A DNA stretch of 64,000 nucleotides from Brevinema andersonii (GTDB lineage: Bacteria; Spirochaetota; DYKD01): contig DYKD01000008.1 of the NCBI GenBank assembly GCA_020722765.1, positions 1,304 through 65,303 of the forward strand, in the 5' to 3' direction. Numbering within the stretch: the stretch's first letter is position 1; the number at the start of each line of letters is the position of its first letter. The position numbers and the translations under genes are program-made. Below the pieces are notes generated by a model. It saw only the letters and a program-made list of their open reading frames with translations, was not told where the DNA came from and ran no database searches. Below are positions 48,099-57,004 of the stretch, one piece after another.

Positions 48099-48419
48099 AT
48101 GATTGAAAAACGAAAGAACATCATCAAGTCCTTGAAAGCCCTGTCCGATCCCGTGAGGCTGGAGATTATCAGTCACCTGAAAAAAGGAAACCACTGTGTC
48201 TGTGAAATCATCAGCAAACTGAAAATGTCGCAGCCACGCATATCAAGGCACCTCTCCATACTGAAGGAAGCAGGACTGATTAAAAGAACAAAACGAGGAA
48301 AATGGTGTTACTACAATATCACAAACCAGCAAAAATGGAAAGAGATACGCACAGAACTACATTTCAACATTCCCAAAACACGCCTCTCCTGCAATACATG
48401 CAAAGGAGCCAAATCATGA
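48099..48419 (+). CDS. arsR: ArsR/SmtB repressor
   Basis: KALSDPVRL, CVCE, SQPRISRHL, C-terminal CNTC. Confidence 0.9.
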   Translation: MIEKRKNIIKSLKALSDPVRLEIISHLKKGNHCVCEIISKLKMSQPRISRHLSILKEAGLIKRTKRGKWCYYNITNQQKWKEIRTELHFNIPKTRLSCNTCKGAKS

Positions 48420-49465
48420 AAAACAAGACTTCATCTTCACTTTCGTTCCTTGACAGGAACCTCACACTCTGGATTTTCCTTGCGATGGGTATTGGCATAG
48501 GGCTTGGTTTCTTTTTCCCTGGCATATCAAAATTCTGGGAAAGCCTGAGTATAGGAAGCACGAACATTCCCATAGCCATTGGTCTTATTCTGATGATGTA
48601 TCCTCCATTCACACGTGTCAAGTATGGTGAGATGGGAAAAGTTTTCAACAACAAAAGGCTTCTTTCCTTGTCACTTATCCTTAATTGGGTAGTCGGTCCC
48701 CTGCTCATGACAGGACTTGCGATCCTGTTCCTTAGAGACAGGCCTGACCTTATGATAGGACTGATCATGGTTGGACTGGCACGTTGCATTGCCATGGTGA
48801 TAGTATGGAACGAACTTGCTGGTGGAGACAGGGAATTCGCAGTCGGACTTGTAGGTTTCAACGCCATCTTTCAAGTCCTCTTCTACTCTATCTATATATG
48901 GTTATTCATAACACTTTTTCTTAACCTGACAGGACTGGCTGAAGGTGTGGAAGCGCACATATCCATCAACGAAGCGGCAAAGACAGTCCTGATATATCTG
49001 GGAATACCGTTTTTTACAGGATTCCTAACACGGACAATCGTGCGTCCACTTATAGGTGCAGAGCGATATGACAATAGATTTATAAAACGGGTGGGTCCCA
49101 TCACACTTATTGCACTTCTCTTTACAATCATCGTGATGTTCTCATTGAAGGGAGACGCCATTATCACCCTTCCTTTGGATGTGATTCGTGTTGCAATCCC
49201 GCTGGCACTATATTTTGTTATCATGTGGTTTGCAGGATTCTTTATTGCGAAGCAGACCAAAGCCTCTTATGACAAATGTGCGACAGTGGCTTTCACTGCT
49301 GCGTCAAACGATTTTGAACTGGCTATTGCTGTATCAATTGTCCTGTTCGGGATAGGCTCTGGCCAGGCATTCGCCACAGTCATAGGTCCGCTAGTGGAAG
49401 TTCCAGCTCTGATCCTGCTGGTGGGAGTGGCATTCAAGCTGAAGAAGAGATTCTTTTCCAAATAA
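48416..49465 (+). CDS. acr3: ACR3-family arsenite efflux transporter
   Basis: LDRNLTLWIFLAM, GLILMMYPP, ARCIAMV..WN, FELAIAV, GPLVEVP; ATGA overlap with arsR. Confidence 0.93.
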   Translation: MKNKTSSSLSFLDRNLTLWIFLAMGIGIGLGFFFPGISKFWESLSIGSTNIPIAIGLILMMYPPFTRVKYGEMGKVFNNKRLLSLSLILNWVVGPLLMTGLAILFLRDRPDLMIGLIMVGLARCIAMVIVWNELAGGDREFAVGLVGFNAIFQVLFYSIYIWLFITLFLNLTGLAEGVEAHISINEAAKTVLIYLGIPFFTGFLTRTIVRPLIGAERYDNRFIKRVGPITLIALLFTIIVMFSLKGDAIITLPLDVIRVAIPLALYFVIMWFAGFFIAKQTKASYDKCATVAFTAASNDFELAIAVSIVLFGIGSGQAFATVIGPLVEVPALILLVGVAFKLKKRFFSK

Positions 49466-49582
49466 ATCAAAATGATTTATTCAAGCCATTGGAAATGTCC
49501 CTCCCAACGACTCAAACATAGTTATAATTCATCAGAAGATTTTTCTATTCAAATTGACACACTGAATAAATTTATCCTTGAT

Positions 49583-49611
49583 TTGACGAACTACTGTTCT
49601 TCTCCTATATT
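49583..49611 (+). promoter_or_regulatory. Sigma70 promoter with an overlapping GAAC-N4-GTTC (LexA-like) box
   Basis: TTGACG-N17-TATATT; CGAACTACTGTTCT at 49587-49600. Confidence 0.5.
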
Positions 49612-49629
49612 CAGTTGTGAGAGGACTTC

Positions 49630-49923
49630 ATGCCACAAACACGGAAATTCCAGAAAACCGGTTCCTTCCATGTTTATATGTTACAATGCAAGGACGGCAG
49701 TTTCTATACAGGTTATACCAACAATCTGGAAAAAAGGCTGAAACTCCACAGGTCGGGCAAAGGCGCAAAATATACACGTTCACATAGGCCATTGAAACTG
49801 GTATGGACAAAAAAATTTTCTTACTACAGGAGCGCTTTCAAGGAAGAAACCAGGATAAAGAAATTGAACAGGAAACAGAAAGAGAAAATGGTCTCTCACT
49901 TCAGGAATATAACCAAGAAATAA
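49630..49923 (+). CDS. Small GIY-YIG nuclease (UPF0213/YazA-like)
   Basis: VYMLQCKDGSFYTGYTNNLEKR...H..GKGAKYTR. Confidence 0.9.
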   Translation: MPQTRKFQKTGSFHVYMLQCKDGSFYTGYTNNLEKRLKLHRSGKGAKYTRSHRPLKLVWTKKFSYYRSAFKEETRIKKLNRKQKEKMVSHFRNITKK

Positions 49924-49928
49924 GAACA

Positions 49929-50585
49929 TCACATCTGTTTTTTTGCAACAACTGCGAACTGGAGAAACGCGATATCACTCCAGGCACCCAAAGTCAGTAT
50001 GGATGCCAGTACAGGTCTAAAGGAACGTGAACGGCTGATACCTTTAATGGTCTCAATGGAATATCCTGCTGGTTCAAATAGTTTTCTTATGCTTTTTTTC
50101 GTGAAAAAGCGGAGATGTGTCCTATCCAAAATTCCGAATTCTTCATAATTCCAGTTTCCTTTAAAAACCAGATCAAAAAAATTCCTGTAAAATCGGACGT
50201 TTGGAATGGATGCGACTACAACACCACCAGGAACAATCTTTGACTTCAAACTGGAAAGCACAAGTTGAGGATCAACAAGATGCTCAAGAACATCGTTGAA
50301 GACTGCGACATCAAAATAATTTTCAGGCAGATCATCAATGCTGGCAAGCGCATCCTTCTGAATCACCTTGTGTAGACGTGTTGCAGCAATGCGGGAGGGC
50401 TCTTCCTCTATTTCTACACCCCAAGCTTCAGCACCAAAATCCTTTGCCAAACGCAAGACAAAATTGCCTTCACCACAACCGAACTCAATAACTTTAGTTA
50501 CGGTTTTTGGGATAAAAGGAATCATATCAACCCTGTTCAATGCAAAATAATCATCAGGCTTTCCCATGTACTGTTTCTCCTTCAA
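49929..50585 (-). CDS. Class I SAM-dependent methyltransferase
   Basis: IEFGCGEG, DVLEHLVDP, SIPNV, GILDRTHLRFFT. Confidence 0.88.
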   Translation of the reverse strand: MKEKQYMGKPDDYFALNRVDMIPFIPKTVTKVIEFGCGEGNFVLRLAKDFGAEAWGVEIEEEPSRIAATRLHKVIQKDALASIDDLPENYFDVAVFNDVLEHLVDPQLVLSSLKSKIVPGGVVVASIPNVRFYRNFFDLVFKGNWNYEEFGILDRTHLRFFTKKSIRKLFEPAGYSIETIKGISRSRSFRPVLASILTLGAWSDIAFLQFAVVAKKQM

Positions 50586-50877
50586 TTTCTATGCCATTCT
50601 CTTGACACCAAGACATTATGATTTCCTTGATTTTCCTGTTTCTATAATCGTAGTAACCTGTTGACAGTCCCATATCTTGAACCATATCTTTGAATCTTCT
50701 GAATCCACCCCTGCCTTCTAAAGCATTCTCAAGACTGTTACAAACAGTCCTGTCTTTACACGATCTGGCAAAACCTTTCATAATTTCACGGTCATCATCA
50801 GGGGAAAGTTCTGGCAACGAGACATACCGGTCATCCTCCAAATCTTCTTCTGTAATTTCATTTTTCTTCAGTTTCAT
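50554..50877 (-). CDS. UPF0158 family protein
   Basis: RYVSLP, IM..F, L..AL.GRG.FRRFKD, W..ENGI. Confidence 0.75.
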   Translation of the reverse strand: MKLKKNEITEEDLEDDRYVSLPELSPDDDREIMKGFARSCKDRTVCNSLENALEGRGGFRRFKDMVQDMGLSTGYYDYRNRKIKEIIMSWCQENGIEIEGETVHGKA

Positions 50878-51207
50878 CAAAATTATATTGAATTACCTTT
50901 CCTGTTTCTTTGTCAAGATCATTCGTGCCGCTTTCCAAAGGAAAAACGACAGCTTCGAAAATGTCATCAAAATCCGCTTTTGGCATGAGACTTCCTGAAT
51001 ATTTCCAACTCGGTTTTTTTTAACAGAGTATACAAGCAAAATATCACAAATCATTTCAGTTTTGTCAAACTTTACGATTCTGAAAAAAAACTTACTCTCC
51101 GAAAAAATCTTTTTTCACCTCGTTATTTATGGCATCAGATGTTATTCTTTTTACTTTGATTTTTTATTGTTTAACAATTATATTGATATCCAAATATGGA
51201 GTTTTGA

Positions 51208-51954
51208 ATGCCGATTCCTTTTATTGAAATCCTTCGTCACTTTGACAATAGCCTCAACACTCTCATCAGGGATCTTTCCACCTCCTTCAATATAATCTCG
51301 TTCGCAATCCTTGTTTTGATCTCTTTCTTATACGGCTTGATTCATTCACTTGGGCCAGGACACGGGAAGTCCCTCGTAGCTGCTTATTTCCTGAAAGAAA
51401 AACAACCCCTGAAAAAATCACTGCTCCTCGCAGGTGTCATTTCCCTTATACATTCAGGATCTGCCATTGTTCTTTCGATTCTTTTCAGCTTTGTGTTAAC
51501 TGGCATCAAAGGGATGATGCAGATCAAGATGCAGGGATATTTTATGTTTGCCAGTGGCCTCCTGATTTGTGCTATTGGTCTTTTTTTTCTGATTACCAAG
51601 ATTTTTTTTAATAAAGAGAATGAGCCCGAAGTAGTCCCCAAAAGCAAAAATCTTTTTCTCGTTGGCTTCTCCGCTGGTATTGTTCCTTGTCCTGCCGCTT
51701 TAATGATCATGCTTATCACAATTGCCAAAGGAGCTCCTCTTATTGGTCTGACTGCAGTGATAGCCATCTCTTTAGGCATGTTCACTATACTCACAATCAT
51801 TGGAACCGTCAGTATCACCATAAGAAATAAGATTATCTCTGCGTCTGGTACGATTTCTGGAAGAGTCCAATTGATATCTACAATTGTTGAATATCTATCT
51901 ATCTCCCTTATAATTCTTATTGGCGCTGCCATGATGCTGACAATTCTCAGATAA
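51208..51954 (+). CDS. NicO/RcnA-family metal transporter lacking the His-rich loop
   Basis: YGLIHSLGPGHGK, GIVPCPAA, about 6 TM helices. Confidence 0.85.
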   Translation: MPIPFIEILRHFDNSLNTLIRDLSTSFNIISFAILVLISFLYGLIHSLGPGHGKSLVAAYFLKEKQPLKKSLLLAGVISLIHSGSAIVLSILFSFVLTGIKGMMQIKMQGYFMFASGLLICAIGLFFLITKIFFNKENEPEVVPKSKNLFLVGFSAGIVPCPAALMIMLITIAKGAPLIGLTAVIAISLGMFTILTIIGTVSITIRNKIISASGTISGRVQLISTIVEYLSISLIILIGAAMMLTILR

Positions 51955-51965
51955 GAGGTAGCTTC

Positions 51966-52526
51966 ATGGATTTTCGTTTTCTAACACTTTTTTTATTATT
52001 TCTGACAGGATCCCCAACGCTTCAAGCTCACCCTCATATCTTTATCACCGTCTCTCTGCAACCTGTTATTGAACAAGAGACATTGAAAGGGTTTAAAATG
52101 AAATGGGTATGGGATAAATGGTGGAGCGAAGATGTGATCAATAGCTGTGATAACGATAAAAACGGAGTCTTCGACGAGAAAGAAAACTCTCAAATATTCA
52201 AAGATTTTTTCGATGGGATAAAAGATTACAATTATTTTACTGAGATTTCGATTGATGGGAAAAAAATAAAAACCGGCCTGGTCAAAAAGCTTTCTGCAAC
52301 CATGGAAAAATCAGGGCAAGTAAGCTATTCTTTTTTCCTTCCAGCAGAGGTTCCCATATCCAAAAAAACGAAAATCAAACTTGTTTTTAATGATGAGACT
52401 ATTTATACGGCTTTTGACAAAAACGTCTTACTGATACAAAAACCTGGGATTGAATATAACAACCCGTCTTATGTCACGTCTGGCTATTACGGGGTACAGG
52501 TTACTTTCCAAATGACACGACCATAA
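51966..52526 (+). CDS. DUF1007 family periplasmic protein
   Basis: Signal peptide then HPHIFI; W.WD..S; D.D.NG; YNYFT; D.T.Y. Confidence 0.8.
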   Translation: MDFRFLTLFLLFLTGSPTLQAHPHIFITVSLQPVIEQETLKGFKMKWVWDKWWSEDVINSCDNDKNGVFDEKENSQIFKDFFDGIKDYNYFTEISIDGKKIKTGLVKKLSATMEKSGQVSYSFFLPAEVPISKKTKIKLVFNDETIYTAFDKNVLLIQKPGIEYNNPSYVTSGYYGVQVTFQMTRP

Positions 52527-52536
52527 AAATCCGGAA

Positions 52537-53583
52537 TCATTGCATTTCTAACCGCGAGTCCCCCCACTCATCCCATCCTATCTCATTTCCTGTGCTGTTA
52601 ATTCTTGAAACGATGTATTCATGGCATTCAACAGGATTATCCTTCAAGCAAGCCTTTCCATCATAAAGTGAATATTGGCTTCTGTATGATGCTGGAGTCA
52701 AATTTGGCATCATGATATTAGCTCCAGCTTTCAATCCATTTTCCCATCCAGATGAATTACTGACCTGAAGTGCTGTTGATGCGACAATATTCATACGAGG
52801 TCTGCAGATCCTCATTATGGCAATCATTTTTAGTGTAAGTTCAAATCTCTGCTCAAGGGAAAAACCAGACTTGATATTTCTTAATGGAGCATTGAGATGT
52901 TCAATATAAGGCCCCATTCCGATCATATCAAAACCTGATTTTAGCATAAAAACAATATCATTCGCCAAATCTTCCAATGTCTGACCTGGCAGACCAATCA
53001 TGACTCCGGAACCGACAATGTACCCTGTCTTTCGCAAGTTGCTGAGAGCCTCAATCCTGCTATCAAAACTGTGGAGCTTATCATCAGGATGAATTTTTGC
53101 ATACAAATTCCTATTGGATGTTTCAATCCTAAGAAGATATCTGTGGGCTCCTGCCTTAAACCAACGGGAATAAGTCTCATCTGTCTGTTCCCCCAAGGAA
53201 AGAGTGATTCCAATTTTCCCTTGTGAAATTTTCTTGATTTCCACGAGAAGAGCCTCAATATCACTGATAAAAGCAGGGTTTTGTTGTTCTCCAGATTGAA
53301 GTACAATGCTCCCGTACCTGTTTTCATACGCATAATGGACCGCATCAAGAACTTCCTTTCTTGGCAAAGCATATCTCTCCAATCCGTTATTCCCTGATCT
53401 TATGCCACAATACAGGCAATTTTTCCTGCAAATATTCGAATACTCTATAAGACCACGAAGAAAGATCTTGTTTCCTCTCTGTTTCATTTTTATATCATAT
53501 GCCTTGGCATACAAGGCATTCAAATCATCCTTAGACGTCAGTGACATGTAATGAAGAATTTCAGATTTTGAAAGAGCATTCAT
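52537..53583 (-). CDS. hydE: [FeFe]-hydrogenase maturase HydE
   Basis: RGLIEYSNICRKNCLYCGIR, RYLLRIET, GSGVMIGLPGQ, GANIMMPNLTP...YSLYDGK. Confidence 0.92.
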   Translation of the reverse strand: MNALSKSEILHYMSLTSKDDLNALYAKAYDIKMKQRGNKIFLRGLIEYSNICRKNCLYCGIRSGNNGLERYALPRKEVLDAVHYAYENRYGSIVLQSGEQQNPAFISDIEALLVEIKKISQGKIGITLSLGEQTDETYSRWFKAGAHRYLLRIETSNRNLYAKIHPDDKLHSFDSRIEALSNLRKTGYIVGSGVMIGLPGQTLEDLANDIVFMLKSGFDMIGMGPYIEHLNAPLRNIKSGFSLEQRFELTLKMIAIMRICRPRMNIVASTALQVSNSSGWENGLKAGANIMMPNLTPASYRSQYSLYDGKACLKDNPVECHEYIVSRINSTGNEIGWDEWGDSRLEMQ

Positions 53584-54794
53584 ATTGATACTGAAGAACC
53601 CAGGAAAGGCTCAATGACCCGTTCAAAAATACCATTGATATAGGCAATAGTCATTCCATAATTTGTGACTGGCACTTTTGCTTTGAGAAAATCATGAAGA
53701 CGACCTATAACCTGTTTTCTGGTCATCATACAGCCACCACACTGGATAACAAGGGCATATTCTGTTACTGGACGGGAGATTTCGCTATGTCCAGAAATAA
53801 TATCAAAATCCAGGGACCTCTGTGAAAACGCTCTGACCCATTTGGGAATTTTGCTTCTTCCAATATCTTCGCAACTTATCTGGTGTGTACAGGATTCAAG
53901 AATCAAAATGCGATCACCATCCTGAAGAGAGGAGAGTTTCCTGGTCCCTTTGAGATAATCATCAAATGGGCCACGCATATAGGCAAATGCTATGCTGAAA
54001 CTTGTAAGCATGATCTCTTTGGGAACAATGGAATCCACAAACTTGAATGCTTGACTGTCCGTAACCACAATTTTCGGTCTAATGCCTGAAGTCAAAAGAA
54101 AATGTTCAGCCTCTGTCTCTTTCAAGACGATGCTGACTCCGTTATTATCCAAAACATCCCTGATCATCATGACTTGTGGAAGTATCATCCTGCTATCCGG
54201 GGCCTCCGAATCAATAGGAGTGACAAGCAAGGCAATGTCATCTTTAGCAAGTAGATTGCCGAGTAAAGATGGATTCTGATAAGCTGTTTGTGGGATTGTT
54301 TTTTTTAACATGGCAATGACTTTGTCCAGATTTTGAAGCGTCACAGAACTAAAATCAATAGCGTCGATTCCTGCGAAAGAGCGAATCATTTCCACTTGAT
54401 TCTGCTGAAGTGGCTCCAAATCGCATTTATTATGAATAATCAGGAAAGGAATATCAAAATCACGAAATTTTCGGAGAAGTTCTTTTTCATATTCATCAAA
54501 AGAGTTCTGGAAGAAGAGCAGTATGGCACAGTCAATTTGCTTTATGACCGCAACGCTTTTTTCTACTCTTTTCTTACCTAACTCTCCCTCATCATCAATT
54601 CCAGCCGTATCAATGATTATTGTTGGACCTATGCCAAAAATTTCCATAGATTTTCTGACAGGATCCGTGGTTGTGCCTGCCACTGAAGAAACAATTGATA
54701 CATCCGATCCTGTAATGGCATTGATAAATGAGCTTTTCCCACTGTTGCATCTTCCAAAAATGCCAATATGCGGTTTATTGTCATTGCCTTTCAT
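53580..54794 (-). CDS. hydF: [FeFe]-hydrogenase maturation GTPase HydF
   Basis: HIGIFGRCNSGKSS, GTTTDPV, DTAG, NKCD, ILPQV, ESCTH...QCGGCM, TNYG. Confidence 0.93.
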   Translation of the reverse strand: MKGNDNKPHIGIFGRCNSGKSSFINAITGSDVSIVSSVAGTTTDPVRKSMEIFGIGPTIIIDTAGIDDEGELGKKRVEKSVAVIKQIDCAILLFFQNSFDEYEKELLRKFRDFDIPFLIIHNKCDLEPLQQNQVEMIRSFAGIDAIDFSSVTLQNLDKVIAMLKKTIPQTAYQNPSLLGNLLAKDDIALLVTPIDSEAPDSRMILPQVMMIRDVLDNNGVSIVLKETEAEHFLLTSGIRPKIVVTDSQAFKFVDSIVPKEIMLTSFSIAFAYMRGPFDDYLKGTRKLSSLQDGDRILILESCTHQISCEDIGRSKIPKWVRAFSQRSLDFDIISGHSEISRPVTEYALVIQCGGCMMTRKQVIGRLHDFLKAKVPVTNYGMTIAYINGIFERVIEPFLGSSVSI

Positions 54795-54987
54795 AAAAAA
54801 AATCCTTATCTCGGAAGTCGAACCTTCTACAAGTAAAGATAAGCAATCTTGACACAAAAAGCATGTTAAAAATAAATGTCTCTCTCTCCAGATTCGATTT
54901 TTTTCATACGTTCAGATTTCCATAGACGTTCTTCTTCAGTTAAAAACATGCAACTTTAATACTACTTTGACAAAGCAACAGTAAAGA

Positions 54988-55075
54988 CACCTGTAGCTGA
55001 ATAGTCGCCGGCACTTCGATACTTTTTTCATGGAAAAACACTCAGTATCCGACGGCGTAACGAAGCAAACCGGTG
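54988..55075. repeat. Nested REP-like palindrome
   Basis: Outer GCTGAATAG-TCGCC...GGCG-TAACGAAGC encloses an opposite-orientation CTTCGATAC-hairpin-CACTCAG. Confidence 0.45.
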
Positions 55076-55167
55076 CAGAAATCATCAGAATGTCAAAGTA
55101 ACGTTAATACTAATATCATCAGACAAACCTGTTTAGTTCTTGGTAAATCATTGAGCTTTTCTTATGC

Positions 55168-55348
55168 TGACTCACCCCTGAACGCTACGCGTTCGACCCC
55201 TCTCTCGAGAAAGAAGGGTAAGAAGGTCATTCTTACCCTTTCCCTTTTAAGGCTTCCAGCCCTGGAAGGGGAAAGGGTCGACACACAAAGTGCGACGCTT
55301 CGGAGTACCCAAGGTGCCTCACCGAGGGGTACGGCGGGGATAGAGTCA
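55168..55348. repeat. Multi-hairpin GC-rich REP/MITE-like element
   Basis: Termini TGACTC-ACCCC / GGGG-ATA-GAGTCA; internal stems GAAGGGTAAGAA/TTCTTACCCTTT, CTTCCAG/CTGGAAG, GTACCC/GGGTAC. Confidence 0.5.
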
Positions 55349-55372
55349 CGAACCTGAATTATTCAGTGAGCA

Positions 55373-55990
55373 CTAATTTATTTTTTCCGCAATAATGATA
55401 TTCTGAAATTCACTGGCCATTTCACTTGTAATCATACCTATCTTATTCAGATATTCTTTGGCTTTCTGCATGGGCCAACCAACAACATCATGCGTTCTAC
55501 CTTCAGATAAATGTACATCATCCATAATCTTAAAAGTTTTTTCTGTAAAATCGCTCAAAACGAGTCTACCACCCTTTTTAAGAATCCGTATCAGTTCAGA
55601 TAGAACTTTTTCAGAATTCCGTAGATGGTGCAGTGTATTAACACAGAAAATCAGATCAAAGCATGAATCTGGAAAAGAGATCTTTTCAGCGTTTTCCAAC
55701 ACAAACTTCACATTGTCCTGCAATCCTTTCTTTGAAAGGTAATATTTGGCAATTTCCTGTCCTAATGCATCAATGTCAATGGATGTGAAAACATATCCTC
55801 TTGAGGCCAATTCACCAGTCATACTGCCCTTGCCAGTACCTACCTCTAGAATATTTCCTTTGATGGATCCAGCAGAATCAATGACAAAACGTCTTTCCTT
55901 CATAGGTTCATAACCATACTTCTGATATTGTTCCAACCTTTTTCTATGCCTGAGCTCACCTTCGCTTATCTCTTCATCAGAAATCATCAT
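55373..55990 (-). CDS. Class I SAM-dependent methyltransferase
   Basis: ILEVGTGKG, AEKISFPD..FD, LHHL, LKKGGRLV. Confidence 0.88.
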   Translation of the reverse strand: MMISDEEISEGELRHRKRLEQYQKYGYEPMKERRFVIDSAGSIKGNILEVGTGKGSMTGELASRGYVFTSIDIDALGQEIAKYYLSKKGLQDNVKFVLENAEKISFPDSCFDLIFCVNTLHHLRNSEKVLSELIRILKKGGRLVLSDFTEKTFKIMDDVHLSEGRTHDVVGWPMQKAKEYLNKIGMITSEMASEFQNIIIAEKIN

Positions 55991-56051
55991 TTTTCCCTTC
56001 TTTTCCTGTCCGATTTTTTTTTAACAGGAAAGACTTTGATAATCAGATTAC

Positions 56052-56879
56052 TCAGAATCTATAACATCGACCAACTGCACAGGTTGTGATAATTCCAGGC
56101 AACTTTTTTCGCATCAGTTTTACTGAATCTTCACCCGAGCAATGGCAGGCAGCTACTTTCAAGATGCCTTCCTTACGGATATAATCCACTGTCTGTTCCA
56201 AGCGTTCCTTACTGGCATTAATGAGATGGAGTCCTCCAACGACTGCTACAATCTTCTTTTTCGGATTCAATGTTTTTACATATTCACAGGTATTGATAAA
56301 TCCGGAATGGCAACAACCGGTGAGAACTACCAATCCATCATCCGTATTGATCCACATGGCAGATTCGTCAGGGATGAGATCAACTTCTTTTTTCTGAAAA
56401 TCCCGATAGAAGGAACCGCCAGTATCTTCAAAGGGAACCAAGCGAGGAATGGCACCGGTAAATCCATAGTGCGTTGCAAGGAGTGGTCGCTCCAACCAGC
56501 ATTTCCTGTTTTCTTGTAATGACTTAATCCTTTGGATTGATTTTTCATCTATTCCTATATACCTTGGATTTTCAGGATCCTTGAAACTGATATGAGTAGT
56601 CACAATCTCCGGATGTGCCACAAGAATTGCCTGTGGATTCATTTGAAGAATCCTATCCAAAGAACCTGTATGATCATAATGTCCATGACTTATAACGATT
56701 TTATCCAAATTTTCCAGACTTATTCCCATTTTCTTGCTGTTTTGAAAAATGGCCTCACCCGAACCCATATCAAAAAGTATTTTCTCCGTATGAATCTCCA
56801 GATGGGCAGAAAAACCATGTTCGGATCTATAGGAAAAGGAAGCGTTATTATCCACCAAAACACGTATTTTTACAGTCAT
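56052..56879 (-). CDS. MBL-fold metallohydrolase (ORP-cluster type)
   Basis: LVDN, EHGFS, SHGHYDHTG, DE, TGCCHSG, GGLHL, CHCSG. Confidence 0.85.
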   Translation of the reverse strand: MTVKIRVLVDNNASFSYRSEHGFSAHLEIHTEKILFDMGSGEAIFQNSKKMGISLENLDKIVISHGHYDHTGSLDRILQMNPQAILVAHPEIVTTHISFKDPENPRYIGIDEKSIQRIKSLQENRKCWLERPLLATHYGFTGAIPRLVPFEDTGGSFYRDFQKKEVDLIPDESAMWINTDDGLVVLTGCCHSGFINTCEYVKTLNPKKKIVAVVGGLHLINASKERLEQTVDYIRKEGILKVAACHCSGEDSVKLMRKKLPGIITTCAVGRCYRF

Positions 56880-57004
56880 CTCACCCTCCCGCCTGGCATT
56901 GCAATGAAGTGACAGTGACAACAGGAAAAACAATTGTCCGAACTTTAGCGGAAGCTATATCCTGCCGTTTCGAGAAAATTTCCAATTTGTTCAATGTAAA
57001 AAAA

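Noticed and set aside
50979-50996. TGGCATGAGACTTCC as a sigma54 promoter
   Set aside because: It lacks the invariant -12 GC.
55073-55357. 94-aa ORF over the hairpin element
   Set aside because: It is a by-product of GC-rich palindromic DNA, with no RBS or motif.
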